Positions 61,601 to 64,000 of a DNA stretch of 64,000 nt are shown one piece after another; within the stretch, counting starts at the first letter, position 1, and the number at the start of each line of letters is the position of its first letter. Below the pieces are notes generated by a model. It was not told the DNA's origin, ran no database searches, and worked only from the letters and a program-made list of their open reading frames with translations. Made by a program: the position numbers and the translations under genes. This stretch comes from Takakia lepidozioides (Eukaryota > Plantae > Bryophyta), in NCBI GenBank assembly GCA_030704615.1, contig CM060731.1:81840001-81904000 (forward strand). Direction: 5' to 3'.

Positions 61601-64000
61601 TGCTCCCAAGTCCTTCAAACTGAAGGCAAAGCAATTCCTGTAAGCCCTCAGGAACCGCCGTATACGTCGTCTCTCTCCTCCGGTGACAATGGGTCCAATG
61701 TCAGGCTCCCAATTGTCCTCCGTAACTACAACCTTAAGTCCAGTGGGCTTAGAGGTAGAGGACGCGTCCAGTGGTTGCTATGTTGCAACCTCTTGAGCAG
61801 TACTCCCTGCCTGCTCAGTCAATGACAAGGCCTCATCCTGCCCCATCATCTCATCCTTGAGGACCTCCTCAACCCGAGAAGAATCCCCAACCTCATCCAT
61901 CACAGCCGCCTTGGCTGCCAACTCCCTCTGAACCTCGAGCACCTCCCACGTGTGCCATGGATGCATGCACCCCGTGGTCCTCACATGCTCGCCCCCACTC
62001 ACTGCCTGTACCGTCTCGGTAGGCAGAGAGACCATTGAGGGAAGTGTACTCCGCACTCTGCGTTGCTCAGCCAGAGCCAAGCTGATAATCCAGGTCAAGC
62101 AATTGAGATCCATTGCTTGCCCCAACACTTGACGACGTGATGCCTCAGAAAGAGACGACACCGCCGTGGTACCAGTGGTAAAACCCATTGCCCGCTCACG
62201 CTCGTCAGCATTAGGCTCCACTAACTGCTGCAACTGAGCATCCCACAGGAGGCCAGGTCCACTATCCCGGAAAGCATGCGATCCTGGGAAGCTGAGCAGT
62301 GTAGGTAATGCTGCTCGTGGTTGACCCACCTTGTTGACCACTGCCAAAGGCGAACGGTCATCGTGTCTCACACGCTGAGACTGCCTCCCTGTGTCCAGAA
62401 TGTTATCCACTGTGAGATGTGCTGGCCGCTGCACCCCATCAAATGCACGCTTGAGCAGTGCGGGTGGCATCAAGTTAGTCCACCATAGCCGTGGACGATG
62501 AGCCCGTGACCCCACTGTAGCTGCATCTAGCAACACTGCTGACCCAAGCCACGACCGGACTTGATGCACACTGGCCATCACCCTGGCCCGAGAATCGCCC
62601 ATCAGTGGCACATTCTCCAAGATGTATGCTGGAGATACAGCTTGATGAAGCTGCAAGTGGCGCAAAACCCGCACCATCTCCCAAAACAGACCCGACCTCG
62701 AGTCTCGCAATCCATTGCCATGCCCGGCTGATGAATGCCCTTGGCAGGGCCAACCTGCCACTACCAGATCAATGGAGCCAACCCGCTCCAAATCCTGCGC
62801 CCCCAGCAACGAAATGTCTGCTGGCAAGGCCTGCTGATATCCACGAATTGCAGACACCGACAACAACTCAGGGTACCGCTGCACCAACTGAGCAACATGG
62901 CGAAGTGAAACGCGTCGTGCAGTCTCATCCCTCTCCACATACAGGTAACGCCGAACTCGTACACCTGCTGTAACACAGCAGCCAATCCGGTGCTGATCCC
63001 GCCAAACAAGTCCAGAAGACAAATGCCTTCATCCGGATACTGCCACACAATAGGTGTGGTGTCCAATGGAGACAATTGAGGTGGTCCTGGTGCAATCCCC
63101 ACACTCTCCTCCTCTCCTGACGGTACAAAAGCCTCCACCCAGGCTTGTTGCACCCGTCGATCAGCATCCCGCTGCAAATCCTTGCTCGTGCCCCACAATG
63201 GAGTCTGAGCAACCATGGTAGGCAACTCCGCCATACCATACATGTCATCCTGCTCTCCCGGAGGTGGTACATCCTCTGAATGAGCATTGCCCTCAAGCAA
63301 CTCTCTAGGCCAACTCACTGCCGCTGTGAATGCTGCTAGTGTCGGCATCTTGCCTCGCTGGGCAACCGCAACTCCTCCTATGAACGTCACAGGGAGCTGC
63401 ACACGCCGGCCCTCCCCTGACTGCCATGCAGGCCTATAGGAAGCTGACTCCTCCCAAAAATCCAGGGTGAAGCCCATGGGGTACAACACTGCCCCACCAA
63501 CCAGGACATCGTATGAGACTGCGTCTGTCACAATGGCCTTGGCTCGCATCACTGAGCCATCTGTAGGGTGATCCGGCCGTAGTCTGATAGCCAACTCACG
63601 CCGTGTCATGCCCCGAGCCTGCTCCGATCCTCCCAGAGACGTCTGTATCTGGAAAGGACAAGGCTCCATATCCGCCTCCGTGAGGCCCAAGCCTGCAATA
63701 GCAGCTCTGCCCAGCATCAATGGCTGAGCTCCCGAGTCCAACAAGACCCGCAGTGGCCGGTACCTCTTGCCTGCCGGTCCACTCAAACAGAAAATGCCAT
63801 CCTGGTTGTCTAACATGACAACTCCAGGTGTCACCATGGCGCGCTCAATGGCTGGCCTAGCTGGCAGCTCCATCAACCTGGCAGCTGCAGCTTGCCATGG
63901 CGCCGCCGTGGCAGTCTTGACCCTCAAATCCTAGTCCGCAGAAGATGAAGTAACCTCCCCACTCTCACAGAGTGTAGCTGCCAGCCTGAACACCTCAGCT
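58656..64000 (-). mobile_element. DNMT-carrying Ty3/gypsy copy 2, pol: protease, DNMT3-like C5 methyltransferase, RT, RNase H, integrase, PHD finger (several frameshifts; runs off the window end)
   Basis: VLLDSGAQ; LDLFGG, GWPCQG, LENVP, HRPRLWWTNL, ERERAMGF, RRQVLGQA; RRMCGDYRPVN, CYIDDII; LHTDWS; SLDFAGP/TDQG/LAERVV; CMLC...CDRC...HMGC...WLCPHC. Confidence 0.95.
62100..63030 (-). pseudogene. DNMT3-like C5 cytosine methyltransferase domain within pol
   Basis: Motifs I, IV (PC), VI (ENV), VIII (RxR), IX and X in canonical order; frameshift near 62970 relative to copy 1. Confidence 0.88.

Overview
The window is eukaryotic, transposon-dense DNA. GT-AG introns, PLS-type PPR debris and chromovirus-like elements suggest a plant, probably a non-seed land plant (inference). 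No intact host gene is visible; it is a stack of nested mobile elements. (1) There are three related but diverged large Mutator-like (MULE) DNA transposons, each bounded by an exact 8-9 bp target-site duplication (TSD): A 10746-25832, C 31448-56983, and B 41057-53047 nested in C. Each has the same divergent two-gene layout: a GCM-like/MULE-DDE/SWIM transposase, and an intron-rich accessory gene fusing a ParB/Srx-like domain (WDGNHR) to a beta-class N4/N6 amino-methyltransferase-like domain. Each also carries arrays of its own long palindrome in introns, spacers or subtermini. (2) A Ty3/gypsy family has a DNMT3-like C5 cytosine methyltransferase between protease and RT, a PHD finger after integrase, and an apparent split-repeat (A ... 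B-A-B) terminal structure. (3) There is also a chromodomain-bearing Ty3/gypsy element, PPR remnants and a ~440-bp tandem repeat. Most ORFs carry stops or frameshifts. All domain calls come from motif recognition by eye, not from searches.
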